A DNA stretch of 64,000 nt from a virus (lineage: Duplodnaviria > Caudoviricetes). Where the stretch lies: the IMG/VR virus record IMGVR_UViG_3300011442_000010, positions 5,948-69,947 of that record; one strand, 5' to 3'. Under the pieces are notes generated by a model. The model was not told the DNA's origin. It worked only from the letters and a program-made list of their open reading frames with translations, and searched no databases. Each line of letters opens with the position of its first letter. The stretch's first letter is position 1. A program made the position numbers and the translations under genes. Positions 45,398-53,929 of the stretch are shown one piece after another.

Positions 45398-45609
45398 GCG
45401 TTCTTCCTCAGGTTCCCATGTACCAGCCTGATCTGAGTCACAAGGATATGGGGTTTCTTCTTAGCTTTCTTCTTCCCCTTGCCCTTCTTTCCACCCTTCG
45501 CCGCCATCACAATCCTAACCGCTTCGGAGGTGGATTCCCCTATCCTATGCCCGGGGTCTTTAATCATCACAGGGGCTGCACTCATACTATCACCCCCACA
45601 AAGGAGCAA
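45214..45609 (-). CDS. Basic protein with Lys-rich tract and Cys motif
   Basis: AAKGGKKGKGKKKAKKKPH...C...C...CLGC; overlaps 44984-45397, so starts are uncertain. Confidence 0.45.
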   Translation of the reverse strand: MLLCGGDSMSAAPVMIKDPGHRIGESTSEAVRIVMAAKGGKKGKGKKKAKKKPHILVTQIRLVHGNLRKNACRNRNTPTGTMCGSVWRTETRTLAGRLVNVKCLGCREVKKITKLGEQLAREEEKQKRLRR

Positions 45610-45703
45610 ACCATCGCCATCGCGGCAATCGCTACTCCCACGATTATAAGTATTCTGCCTAGATTCATTTCTGCCTTAACCTCCCAAGTTTGATCTTATA
45701 CTT

Positions 45704-45970
45704 CTACTCCCACTCAACTGGTTTATAACGCTTGCATCCACTCTTCTTGCACTCTCCCATAGCTTGCTCTCCGCTATGGGAGCCTTTAAGCTCCCCACAC
45801 TTGCACATGTTTCCATAGAGGGTATTCTTCGCATCTTGGATGGCTTGCATAAGCCCCGCGCCTCGGGTAGCTCTCCAACGCTCCCCTAACTCCACGCTGG
45901 CCATCGTTCCCTCCACTTCCAGCGCGATTAGAAGTTGTTTAACAGTCATAACCCCTCCCTCTCCATCCAT
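45704..45970 (-). CDS. Small protein with CxCG...H...C...GC motif
   Basis: CKCGELKGSH...C...GCKRY. Confidence 0.5.
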   Translation of the reverse strand: MDGEGGVMTVKQLLIALEVEGTMASVELGERWRATRGAGLMQAIQDAKNTLYGNMCKCGELKGSHSGEQAMGECKKSGCKRYKPVEWE

Positions 45971-46242
45971 CTCTCACACGCATGAAGAAGAATCTTCTCC
46001 TCCGAGGATAGATGTAGATTATTGCTTTTGGCCTTCGCCATCAAATCCCCATATATCTTCTGCACCAACTCCCTTAGAGCTTCAGGTGCTACTTGTTCTG
46101 CCATAATCTCTCCCATCTCCCTGCATGTCGCAATACCTTCATGCTTCATCGAGAACACGCGATAACACTCTACGCTCATGCATCTCCCTCGGGAGCCTCC
46201 CCACAGGAGTGTACCAAGGATACGAGTCACTCTTCTTGCCAC
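45946..46242 (-). CDS. Hypothetical protein
   Basis: 98 aa ORF; start uncertain. Confidence 0.4.
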   Translation of the reverse strand: MARRVTRILGTLLWGGSRGRCMSVECYRVFSMKHEGIATCREMGEIMAEQVAPEALRELVQKIYGDLMAKAKSNNLHLSSEEKILLHACERWMEREGL

Positions 46243-46581
46243 GGCCTCCCTAGTTCTTTGCTATGGATTCAGCTCCCACCCAAGGGAGAGCGATAGGAAT
46301 TTCTCGCACCCAGAGACATATGCGCTTATGTCTCAGATACTTCTTGGTAACTCCTCTAGCTCTGTTGTCTCTCCCTTGGGTAGAGGCCGAAGCCCCTACC
46401 ATGTCCTGTCGTTTCGCCAACGTGGGCGATTAGTTGCGGTCGCGTTTCTGCATCCTGCCTCCCTCCTTGGCGTTTAACCCCGCCAGAGTAGAATAAAACA
46501 TCGGGGGAGAGTTAGCATAAGGGCTACCCTCCAACGCGCCTTATGTCCCTGCGTTGTGCTATCCGCACCCCGAACCTCGTG

Positions 46582-46773
46582 CTACTTCTCCAAAGTAACA
46601 ATCTCACACTTCGTAATCACCACCTCATGCCCACCATGAGGCTTATCGCCCGATCTAAAGTGTATATCCGCACTATGCATCGCAGCCTCCCGTGTAGGTC
46701 TCGTCTCCCCAATCTGCTGATGACACTGCATACAACAAACCACAAAACCTTTGGTTACCTTTAACTTTGCCAT
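46582..46773 (-). CDS. Small Cys/His-rich protein downstream of the structured RNA
   Basis: ATG with AAGGGAG SD; CCMQC...H....H. Confidence 0.6.
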   Translation of the reverse strand: MAKLKVTKGFVVCCMQCHQQIGETRPTREAAMHSADIHFRSGDKPHGGHEVVITKCEIVTLEK

Positions 46774-46803
46774 AACTATGCTCTCCCTTTCTTTGACATC
46801 CTC

Positions 46804-46962
46804 ACGGCAGCAGCGGGTTTTACACCCGAAGGAAACCGCAGTTAATATAGAGTGCAGGGGTTTTCGTTATTAACCCTGTCTGTAGGCTTTCGTTCGCCAC
46901 TCTCCCGGTTAGCTTAACTGGCCCTTACGGAACTCACAAGCTATTCCCATTGCTGCTGCCGT
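46804..46962 (-). ncRNA. Candidate structured RNA (multi-branch, 159 nt)
   Basis: 11-bp closing helix ACGGCAGCAGC/GCTGCTGCCGT, nested CAGTTAA/TTAACTG and AGAGTG/CACTCT helices, GUAA and cUUCGg tetraloops on the minus strand; no credible ORF. Confidence 0.65.
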
Positions 46963-47205
46963 CAAAATGCCAAAATCGCGGTCGAATCGGAAGATTCTTT
47001 GCGTTAAAACCCGTTTTCCCGCGCCGGAAACCGCCCAAATTCGCGCCGGAAAAATTTCCATGTGGGGTACTGCCAAAAAATCGCCCAATCGCGCTTAAAA
47101 CCGATTCTCGCGTGTTTTGCGTACAAAAAGCGAAACTCCCACTCAAAACAAAAGGGGAGAAGGTTTCCCCTCTCCCCATGTCTATTCTCCCTTGCTTGGT
47201 TCGGC

Positions 47206-47913
47206 CTATGCTCCCGGTTGAGTTTGCGTTCCAGCGTGCTGCTGCTGACTCGCCACACTGCTCCGTTCCGCCTGAAGATACTGCAACTCCTGCGGACACT
47301 CGAACGGGATGTTCTTCCTCCGAGCATTCTCCATGAGCGTCTTAAGCATCAACTCATCGAACTGCCTCTGCTCCAACTTCGCAGGGTCAATTCTCGTAGC
47401 CGTTGCCTGAGTCCTTGCAGCTCCCGCAGCAGCTCTGCTGGCGAGGAACTCACTGGGTAGCTGAGGGTTATTAGCCTTCACATCCACCCGAATCGCCCGC
47501 ATCTTCCCATCCGGCCAAACGATCTCAGAGTTCAGCACCTTCAATCGCTTGCTAGTTTTGCTACTCGCTTGCTTGGGAATCGCAATCGCGGTAGCTTTGA
47601 GCGTCCTGCCATCCGGCAACCACGGGTCAGTGGTCAGCGTCATGTCACGGTTGACATAAAGCTGCTCCCCGGAAGGATTGGTGAGAAGATCCTGCTCCTC
47701 GTAATCCTCCGCCGTGACATCGTACAGCGTCGCGCCATCCAGGCTGCGAGCCTTGAGCGGGATGTCATACTTATTCCCCTCAGACTCCTTTGGGAAGTCT
47801 TCAAAGAACAGCACCCCCTGTGCCCGCATCCCAACCACAATCGCCCTACCCTGCACCGTCATAACTTCCGGCACAAAGGTAAAATCACTCAACTGCTTTT
47901 TCGCTTTCGGCAT
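47206..47913 (-). CDS. Hypothetical early protein
   Basis: 235 aa, GAGGG SD. Confidence 0.65.
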   Translation of the reverse strand: MPKAKKQLSDFTFVPEVMTVQGRAIVVGMRAQGVLFFEDFPKESEGNKYDIPLKARSLDGATLYDVTAEDYEEQDLLTNPSGEQLYVNRDMTLTTDPWLPDGRTLKATAIAIPKQASSKTSKRLKVLNSEIVWPDGKMRAIRVDVKANNPQLPSEFLASRAAAGAARTQATATRIDPAKLEQRQFDELMLKTLMENARRKNIPFECPQELQYLQAERSSVASQQQHAGTQTQPGA

Positions 47914-48083
47914 ATTGCCCTCGTGTTTAACGTCCAGTGGACATATACCGTGTGCTCTAGGGAGTAGAGAAATCGCTTCCCCTCTCCCCAGCCTCCCAAA
48001 ACGGCGAATATATTGCTATTATGCAAGTCTCTAGATGCTCCTATGCGGGGACTACCAAAGTCCCTCGCATTCGTTGCGCTGGC

Positions 48084-48290
48084 TTACTTCTCCACCCCAC
48101 AACTCACCGCCAGTTCATTCTTGGCGGTATTGCCCGTGCTGGCAACGGTGGGGTCAGCCCCATTATCGCACGTCACCACAAAACCACTCAGGCTTGTTTG
48201 GTGGATGTGAAAGTGGCGATGGAATCCCTGCGCCATTGCCAGAGTTCCCAACACCAACACCACACACGCGAACCATTTCCGTTGTTTCAT
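48084..48290 (-). CDS. Small putative secreted protein
   Basis: ATG 48290 with GGAG SD; signal peptide MKQRKWFACVVLVLGTLAMA; mature part has two Cys. Confidence 0.6.
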   Translation of the reverse strand: MKQRKWFACVVLVLGTLAMAQGFHRHFHIHQTSLSGFVVTCDNGADPTVASTGNTAKNELAVSCGVEK

Positions 48291-48745
48291 GTCATTCTCC
48301 CAAGGGGTAGTCACCCCACAGGAGCATCATGCTACTTGCTAATTGTCAAATATCGCCGTTTCCTAGTGCCTGAGCACATCGGGGAGATGTAATCTCCAAG
48401 CATGGTAGCAGTCTAAACCCCGGTAGCCTTAGAATTGCTCCAAGGCGTATTTATTCCACTACCATGCTTGCAAACTACATCCAAGGGAAACCCAACGGTG
48501 TGACTACTACCCTGCCCACGCTATCAGGTGGGCAATCGCCTATTGGACTTCCCCAAGCAGCAGAGACACTCGGAAATGGGAGACCATACTCTATTCCTAT
48601 CCCCATGATGGGGGTTTCTCTGCTGCTTGCGGAGTTCCAATTCTTATCCGCTCTGCAAGGTATATTATAACCAAACTCTACAGCTTTCCCGACTTCCGCC
48701 GTTTCCGACCGCCGAATTCAGTTGCAACCAAGCGGCCAAACCGCT

Positions 48746-48855
48746 AAGTTGTTGAAAACAAAGGACTTCGCCGTTTTTTCGGTGTGTAAAATTTATACGG
48801 CGAATCGCCGGATTTTCGCTTTTTTTGCCGCCAAATCGCTGAAAACAAACGAGTT
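48746..48855 (+). promoter_or_regulatory. 23-bp pseudo-palindromic sites, copies 2 and 3
   Basis: 48746-48768 AAGT-tg-TTGA-aaa-CAAA-gg-ACTT; 48833-48855 AAAT-cg-CTGA-aaa-CAAA-cg-AGTT. Confidence 0.6.
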
Positions 48856-49127
48856 GCAATTTTTTCCCAGCAGCGAGTATTTTTTACCGGGGTCGCAACC
48901 TACACGCGCTCACACACCTTGCAAACCTCGCCATACTTCCCGTGAGATGAGGGAGTAAAGCACCCACACTTGGGACATGGTTTATCACAATCAGGGCCAT
49001 CAAGCCTATTCCACATCTCAAGCCATTGTTTATAAGGCATCCCGAGTATAGACATATTCTACTCCCTTGTGATTCACTCCCACATCCAAGCCCACCTGTC
49101 ACATGGGTTTGATCTAAGGTGACCCCG

Positions 49128-49832
49128 CTATACCCTCACCATCGTAATCAAGGGATCAACCAGAGTGGGATTACCGTTGAAAAACTGTTCCACCTTAACC
49201 AATCCCACCCCTATCCCCAAATACCACTTCTCCACCACACACTGCGCCACTGGGCTACAGAACCCCTCGCTCTGCTTTGACACCATAGCCCACCCGGTAT
49301 ATCTTGGTGTCTCCACCCACTCCACCCAGGTCTCTGTCTTCCAAGGTGTATTAGGCGCAAAGTCTGGAAACGTAGTATCCACAGCCACAGTGGGAGTGTT
49401 ACTCGCTATTGCTGGAATGATAAGATACGGTCTAGGCTTCCCAGCATCTCCGCTCACAGTATAGCTAAAGTCCTGTGGCGTAGCATCCCATGGTGCGCCA
49501 AAGGGAAACTTAATATGCCCACCTGTGGAATACCATGCCCCTCCCTGTACCTGCGCTAGGTTGAACCACAACTCCGCATCCCTAGCTCCCGGTGTCCAAT
49601 ACGCTCGGGGGTTGTTTTTGGTGTAATGCCAAATGGTTGATCCATCCCCCTGAGGCATCACATCAATCCATGTTAAGTCCCCATATCCGTTCTGAAACGT
49701 CCAAGTCTCAGCACGATTGAGAAACACTTGCCCAGCACTAAGAGTTATGGGAGATGGATTCATTCGCCCTCTCCCCCCACACCCTGTAGCTGCTGCCATG
49801 AGCATAAGCTTCAACATCTCACGTCTTTGCAT
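49128..49832 (-). CDS. Putative Tat-exported lipoprotein
   Basis: ATG 49832 with GGAG SD; MQRREMLK twin-arginine motif, AAATG-C lipobox-like site; beta-rich Trp/Gly/Thr mature domain. Confidence 0.65.
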   Translation of the reverse strand: MQRREMLKLMLMAAATGCGGRGRMNPSPITLSAGQVFLNRAETWTFQNGYGDLTWIDVMPQGDGSTIWHYTKNNPRAYWTPGARDAELWFNLAQVQGGAWYSTGGHIKFPFGAPWDATPQDFSYTVSGDAGKPRPYLIIPAIASNTPTVAVDTTFPDFAPNTPWKTETWVEWVETPRYTGWAMVSKQSEGFCSPVAQCVVEKWYLGIGVGLVKVEQFFNGNPTLVDPLITMVRV

Positions 49833-50045
49833 AAGTAATCTCCTATCCACTGCACCAGAGTAGCATCCTCTGGTGCAGTGGGAGAGAGACTAGATTCTCC
49901 CAATCATAAGCCTCTTCAACTCCCTCATCTCCCACCTAAGCAGCATATACTCAGGGGCATAGGTATACCCCATCTGTTCCGCCAACATCATCACCACCGC
50001 TCGGGAGCTAATAGCATAGAGCAACTCCGTGTAGGTTAGCATAAA

Positions 50046-50267
50046 CTACACCTCCGGCCAGACTTCATTCCGTGATTGCCAACACGGTTTGCTATCCAAA
50101 AACGCCATAAACACCCCACAAGCGTCGAAGTAGTTCATGGGGATAGTCTTAGTTGCTGCAATCATACAATCTATCCTGAGATTTTCAATATAAGCATCAT
50201 GGCCTTTCCAAAATCTCGCGTTGTAGTCCATCGTAACACCTCCAACCCGTGGCAATGTCACACTCAT
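50046..50267 (-). CDS. Hypothetical protein
   Basis: 73 aa ORF. Confidence 0.4.
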   Translation of the reverse strand: MSVTLPRVGGVTMDYNARFWKGHDAYIENLRIDCMIAATKTIPMNYFDACGVFMAFLDSKPCWQSRNEVWPEV

Positions 50268-50651
50268 TGCCCTAGGTTCGGGGGATTACTCCCAAGAGTC
50301 AATCGCCCAAGAATCACACTCAATAGCCTTGGCAATCCTGCTGGCCTGAGCAGAAGCAATCTCCCTTGTCTGAGCAGACAATTTCGCCACCATAACAAGC
50401 TGGTCTTGTTCGTAGAAGCTGATTGTGAATTTCATCGCGTAGTCTTACCCCTTTCGCGTCAGTTCTAGCTTTTGACTCTCCAGAAAATAGTCAAGCTGAC
50501 TGGTAACATAACTCTGCACGGTTGCGTTGTTGGTTTTAATCAACCCCATAGCTGCGAGTTGACCACAAAGATAAAGCGCCATGTCTTTTGTCATGGTAAT
50601 CCTCCTAGCCAGAGCCAGAGTCACACTCTCTGGCCTAAGCTAGAGGGATTA

Positions 50652-50939
50652 CTAGTTAACCCCTTGGCTCTCCCCCTTGGCCGGTTTCACCGCCAGCTTC
50701 GCCTTGTTCGCTTCGATAAACGCGATAATCTCCGGCAGCTTATCCGCCAACGCCAGCCACTGAGAGCCATACAGCGTGACCGGGAACCGCCCCAGCCCGT
50801 AGAGGGATACTGCCCCCTTGGCGCTGATCTTCAACCCTCCCTCGGTCTTGGTTGTCTCTGCTGCCTGTTTCCTCACCTCCGCCAACATCGCCACTATCTC
50901 TGCTTCCGACTTGCCGATGAAATCCTGTGCTGTGTACAT
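50652..50939 (-). CDS. Conserved small protein, KGAVSLYGLGRFPVTLY..QW family
   Basis: ATG 50939 with GGAG SD; 95 aa; first leftward gene after the divergent control region. Confidence 0.75.
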   Translation of the reverse strand: MYTAQDFIGKSEAEIVAMLAEVRKQAAETTKTEGGLKISAKGAVSLYGLGRFPVTLYGSQWLALADKLPEIIAFIEANKAKLAVKPAKGESQGVN

Positions 50940-51027
50940 GATACCACTCCTAGGGGCTAAGCAGACCGTGGTCAGATGCCACTCGCTTGCCACGGCCACT
51001 ACCAGTGCAACCGGGTTGCCAAACTCC

Positions 51028-51050
51028 AAGTGATTGAAAACAAACGAGTT
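51028..51050 (+). promoter_or_regulatory. 23-bp pseudo-palindromic site, copy 4
   Basis: AAGT-ga-TTGA-aaa-CAAA-cg-AGTT. Confidence 0.6.
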
Positions 51051-51062
51051 ACCAAAAATCAT

Positions 51063-51091
51063 AGTATATAAAATTTACCCAAGTGGGTAAA
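51063..51091 (-). promoter_or_regulatory. Candidate leftward sigma70 promoter overlapped by a 7-bp-arm inverted repeat
   Basis: Minus strand TTTACC-N17-TATACT; TTTACCC-aagt-GGGTAAA at 51074-51091. Confidence 0.5.
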
Positions 51092-51165
51092 AATTACCGG
51101 CAGTTTTTACTCGGCTGCTAGCTGGGAGGCTGGGGGAGATGGCTGTCTCCGCTACTGCTGGGGGT

Positions 51166-51222
51166 CTATATACAATATATAAATACCCTATCAGGGAGAG
51201 AGAGATTTATATATGATGTACA
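51166..51222 (-). promoter_or_regulatory. Candidate phage-sigma promoter pair TGTACAT-N41-TGTATATAG (leftward)
   Basis: Same bipartite motif as 22759-22816 and 51657-51712. Confidence 0.55.
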
Positions 51223-51349
51223 GAGAAGAATAGAGAGAACAGCTCGTAGCGTGGTACCGTTCAATCCAACACTTCGCCATTCTCCATCACCATGACTAGC
51301 CTATGCCATCACCCCATGCTCATGCGCTCACGAGCACGCGCTCACTGCT

Positions 51350-51559
51350 AAACCCTTTAGAATCAACAACATACGAGCATACGCCATGCAACTGCCTGTA
51401 AACCACTGATTCTAAAGCACTTAGCGGTGTTGGCCATATCACGCGATCTCTACTTGTTTTAAGCTACCGTCTCGCCTAGCCCGCGAGGGAGAAGAATCCT
51501 TCAGCACCAGTCGACTATGAGAATTGGGAATATCCTATGTTGTTGAAAACAAACGGTTT
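51350..51559. promoter_or_regulatory. 23-bp pseudo-palindromic sites, copies 5-7
   Basis: 51350-51372 (minus) ATGT-tg-TTGA-ttc-TAAA-gg-GTTT; 51400-51422 AAAC-ca-CTGA-ttc-TAAA-gc-ACTT; 51537-51559 ATGT-tg-TTGA-aaa-CAAA-cg-GTTT. Confidence 0.6.
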
Positions 51560-51656
51560 TGGCTATGGAAATGGGTGCGCTTCCGATGGGGGTGGCCTTG
51601 GCTCCCAGGGTGGTCGGGAAGGTGGGGAGGTTGGGCGTTGGTTTTCAGGTTCTCTA

Positions 51657-51712
51657 TGTACATAATATCTATTTCCCTCTCTCCCACACCCCCCTTTTAT
51701 ATATGTATATAG
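51657..51712 (+). promoter_or_regulatory. Candidate phage-sigma promoter pair TGTACAT-N40-TGTATATAG (rightward, late operon)
   Basis: Lies about 110 nt upstream of the terminase small subunit. Confidence 0.55.
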
Positions 51713-51823
51713 AGCTGGACGCAGAAATGGAGTGTGCAGGTTGCGGACTAGAAGTTTCAAGAGGCTGCGAACATTTGAGCCATTACTAGAGTCTAACATA
51801 GTAGAAGAAGAGATCTCCCTTTT

Positions 51824-52267
51824 ATGGCAAAAGCCCCCGAAACCTCCTGGATGCACCAAGCCGCGAAGAAAATGGCGCGGGAGGGCAAAAACCTCCCAGT
51901 GGTGGTGGATGAGTTGGGGATTCCGGGGATGAGGCCGCAAGAGATTGAGCAGGTATTCCGCTCTGATATGTTCCAGCAGATCCTCCGGGCGGAGAAAAAC
52001 CGCTATGCGCTGGAGATTGCGAATGATCCGACGTTGCAGAAGCAGACCGCGATTGGGTTTATGGCGATTGCGATACAGAATCTCATGGCGGAAGGGGAGT
52101 GGGATAAGGCACTGGAGGGGTGGCAGAAGCTCGCAAAGTTGGCTGGATGGCAGGGGAGTGATGCCGTAAACATCTTCGCAGAGCTAAAACCCCGGGATTT
52201 CGAGGAATTGAGGAAAAAGATTGGCACTGGAGCAGGCTTGGCAGGAGCTCCAAAGACTAACGCCTGA
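51824..52267 (+). CDS. terS: Putative terminase small subunit
   Basis: 147 aa helical protein overlapping the large terminase start; HTH-like N-terminus; positional inference. Confidence 0.65.
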   Translation: MAKAPETSWMHQAAKKMAREGKNLPVVVDELGIPGMRPQEIEQVFRSDMFQQILRAEKNRYALEIANDPTLQKQTAIGFMAIAIQNLMAEGEWDKALEGWQKLAKLAGWQGSDAVNIFAELKPRDFEELRKKIGTGAGLAGAPKTNA

Positions 52268-53729
52268 GCAGCAGCGGGAGTTTTTGGCAAAATACGAGGT
52301 AAAACGGGCTAAGGAGAGATTTATCGCCTATTGGGAGCCTACCAAGCCTCAGGTGGAGGCATTTCGAGGCTTCCACAAGGGAATAAAGACCTATGTGGTG
52401 CTTGGGGGGAATCGAAGCGGCAAAACCGAGATGGGAGCCGCCGCGGTTGTGGCCTGGGCGATGGGGAAGAAGTTTTTTGAGGGAGAAAAGGCATGGGAGT
52501 GGGTGAAGGATCTGCCGATTCCGGAACCCCCGAGTAATATTTGGATTGTGGGACTGGATTTCCCTACGCTTCGGGATGTGATTTGGAGGGAGAAGTTGCT
52601 TCAGGGCAGGAATCACCCTGCGTTGGTGCCTAAGGAGGCGCTGGATAAGCCCCCCAACAACACTGATTTTCAGATGTTTTTTGCCAACGGGAGTGTGATT
52701 ACCGGCAAATCGGCTGACTCCGGGAGAGAGAAGTTCCAATCCGCCAGTGTGGATCTCATCTGGATTGATGAAGAGCCTGAGAAAGCCATCTACGACGAGT
52801 GCTACCAACGTACCGCAGACTGCGCGGGCAAAATCCTTGTGACTCTTACACCATTGGTGGACATCGCGAGCGGGATTCGGGAGCCTTGGGTGTATGACTT
52901 GCATGATGACATGCGCAAGGGAGTACCTGATATCGCATTCGCGAAGCTAAGCGTGCTGGATAATCCCTATGTTCCAGAGGATGAGAAGCAGAAGCTGAAG
53001 CAGAAGTGGAGCGGGCATCCAGAAGAGGCCGCACGCCTATTTGGAGACTTCGTTCAGAGGAGTGGACTTGTATACAATCTTTGGACACCAGAGAAACATC
53101 TGGTTAAACCGCGACCGATTCCCCGGGAGTGGACAAGAATCGTCTCCCTCGATCCAGCCAACACGGGTACAACAGCAGCATTATGGGGGGCTGTTGAGCC
53201 AGGGACAAACGACCTCTACCTCTATCGGGAATACTACGAAAAAAACCTCACCATAAGCGAGCACGCGAAGAACATCCTCATGATGAATCGCGGGGAGAAT
53301 ATAGATTTTTGGCTTATAGACAAGAAATGGGGCAGCCAACGAGAGGGGCAGCAGCATAAAACCGGACAGCAAATCTATCGGGAGAATGGGCTTCCGGTAA
53401 GGTTGGCGGATGTAGATGCGGATTATGGCTTGCAAATCAGCAAAGAGTATGTTCAGGCGACGTTGGAACCCACCTCCCGCCATCCGAAGCTGTATGTGTT
53501 TAGTGATATGGGGAACTTCAAGCATGAGATCAGCCATTATGCCTGGGCGACGTTTGCACGAGGAGATATGAAGGGACTCAGCAAGGAGAAACCCCTAAAA
53601 CGGGGGGATCACCTGCTGAATGCCTTCCAATACATGGCTAGTGGTAGGTTCAAAGGCCGCGGGGTATCCCGCCTGGGGGAAGGGGAGAAAACCCTCCAAG
53701 CCACCCTCAACAGCTACTTTCAATCATAA
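52221..53729 (+). CDS. terL: Terminase large subunit
   Basis: Walker A GGNRSGKT, WIVG, Walker B WIDEEP, TLTP coupling motif, nuclease SLDPA, C-terminal DHLLNAFQY. Confidence 0.95.
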   Translation: MALEQAWQELQRLTPEQQREFLAKYEVKRAKERFIAYWEPTKPQVEAFRGFHKGIKTYVVLGGNRSGKTEMGAAAVVAWAMGKKFFEGEKAWEWVKDLPIPEPPSNIWIVGLDFPTLRDVIWREKLLQGRNHPALVPKEALDKPPNNTDFQMFFANGSVITGKSADSGREKFQSASVDLIWIDEEPEKAIYDECYQRTADCAGKILVTLTPLVDIASGIREPWVYDLHDDMRKGVPDIAFAKLSVLDNPYVPEDEKQKLKQKWSGHPEEAARLFGDFVQRSGLVYNLWTPEKHLVKPRPIPREWTRIVSLDPANTGTTAALWGAVEPGTNDLYLYREYYEKNLTISEHAKNILMMNRGENIDFWLIDKKWGSQREGQQHKTGQQIYRENGLPVRLADVDADYGLQISKEYVQATLEPTSRHPKLYVFSDMGNFKHEISHYAWATFARGDMKGLSKEKPLKRGDHLLNAFQYMASGRFKGRGVSRLGEGEKTLQATLNSYFQS

Positions 53730-53743
53730 AAAGGAAACACAAC

Positions 53744-53905
53744 ATGCCAAGACCTGTTAAGAAAAACGAAACCCCCGGAGTGCATGGAAATGCCCCCGTG
53801 AAGTCCCCGGTGGGGGATAGCATCATAGTCTATGCCGACAACGCCGTGTGGAACGAGACCAAGGGGAAGTTTACCCTCCCCGAAGATGTTGTAAGAAAAA
53901 ACTAA
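53744..53905 (+). CDS. Small hypothetical protein (53 aa, not in ORF track)
   Basis: AAGGAAA SD like other late genes; MPRPVKKNETPG... Confidence 0.5.
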   Translation: MPRPVKKNETPGVHGNAPVKSPVGDSIIVYADNAVWNETKGKFTLPEDVVRKN

Positions 53906-53929
53906 AAATAGAAACGAGAACAACCCAAA

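Noticed and set aside
46804-46962. Assignment of the structured RNA to SRP, cobalamin, c-di-GMP or hammerhead classes
   Set aside because: Only short partial word matches; the conserved cores (e.g. CUGANGA, full B12 box) are absent, so it is left unclassified.
53600-53640. Terminase nuclease DHLLNAFQY (Asn for the usual last Asp) as another dead enzyme
   Set aside because: Packaging is essential, the other motifs are intact and this position varies among terminases.
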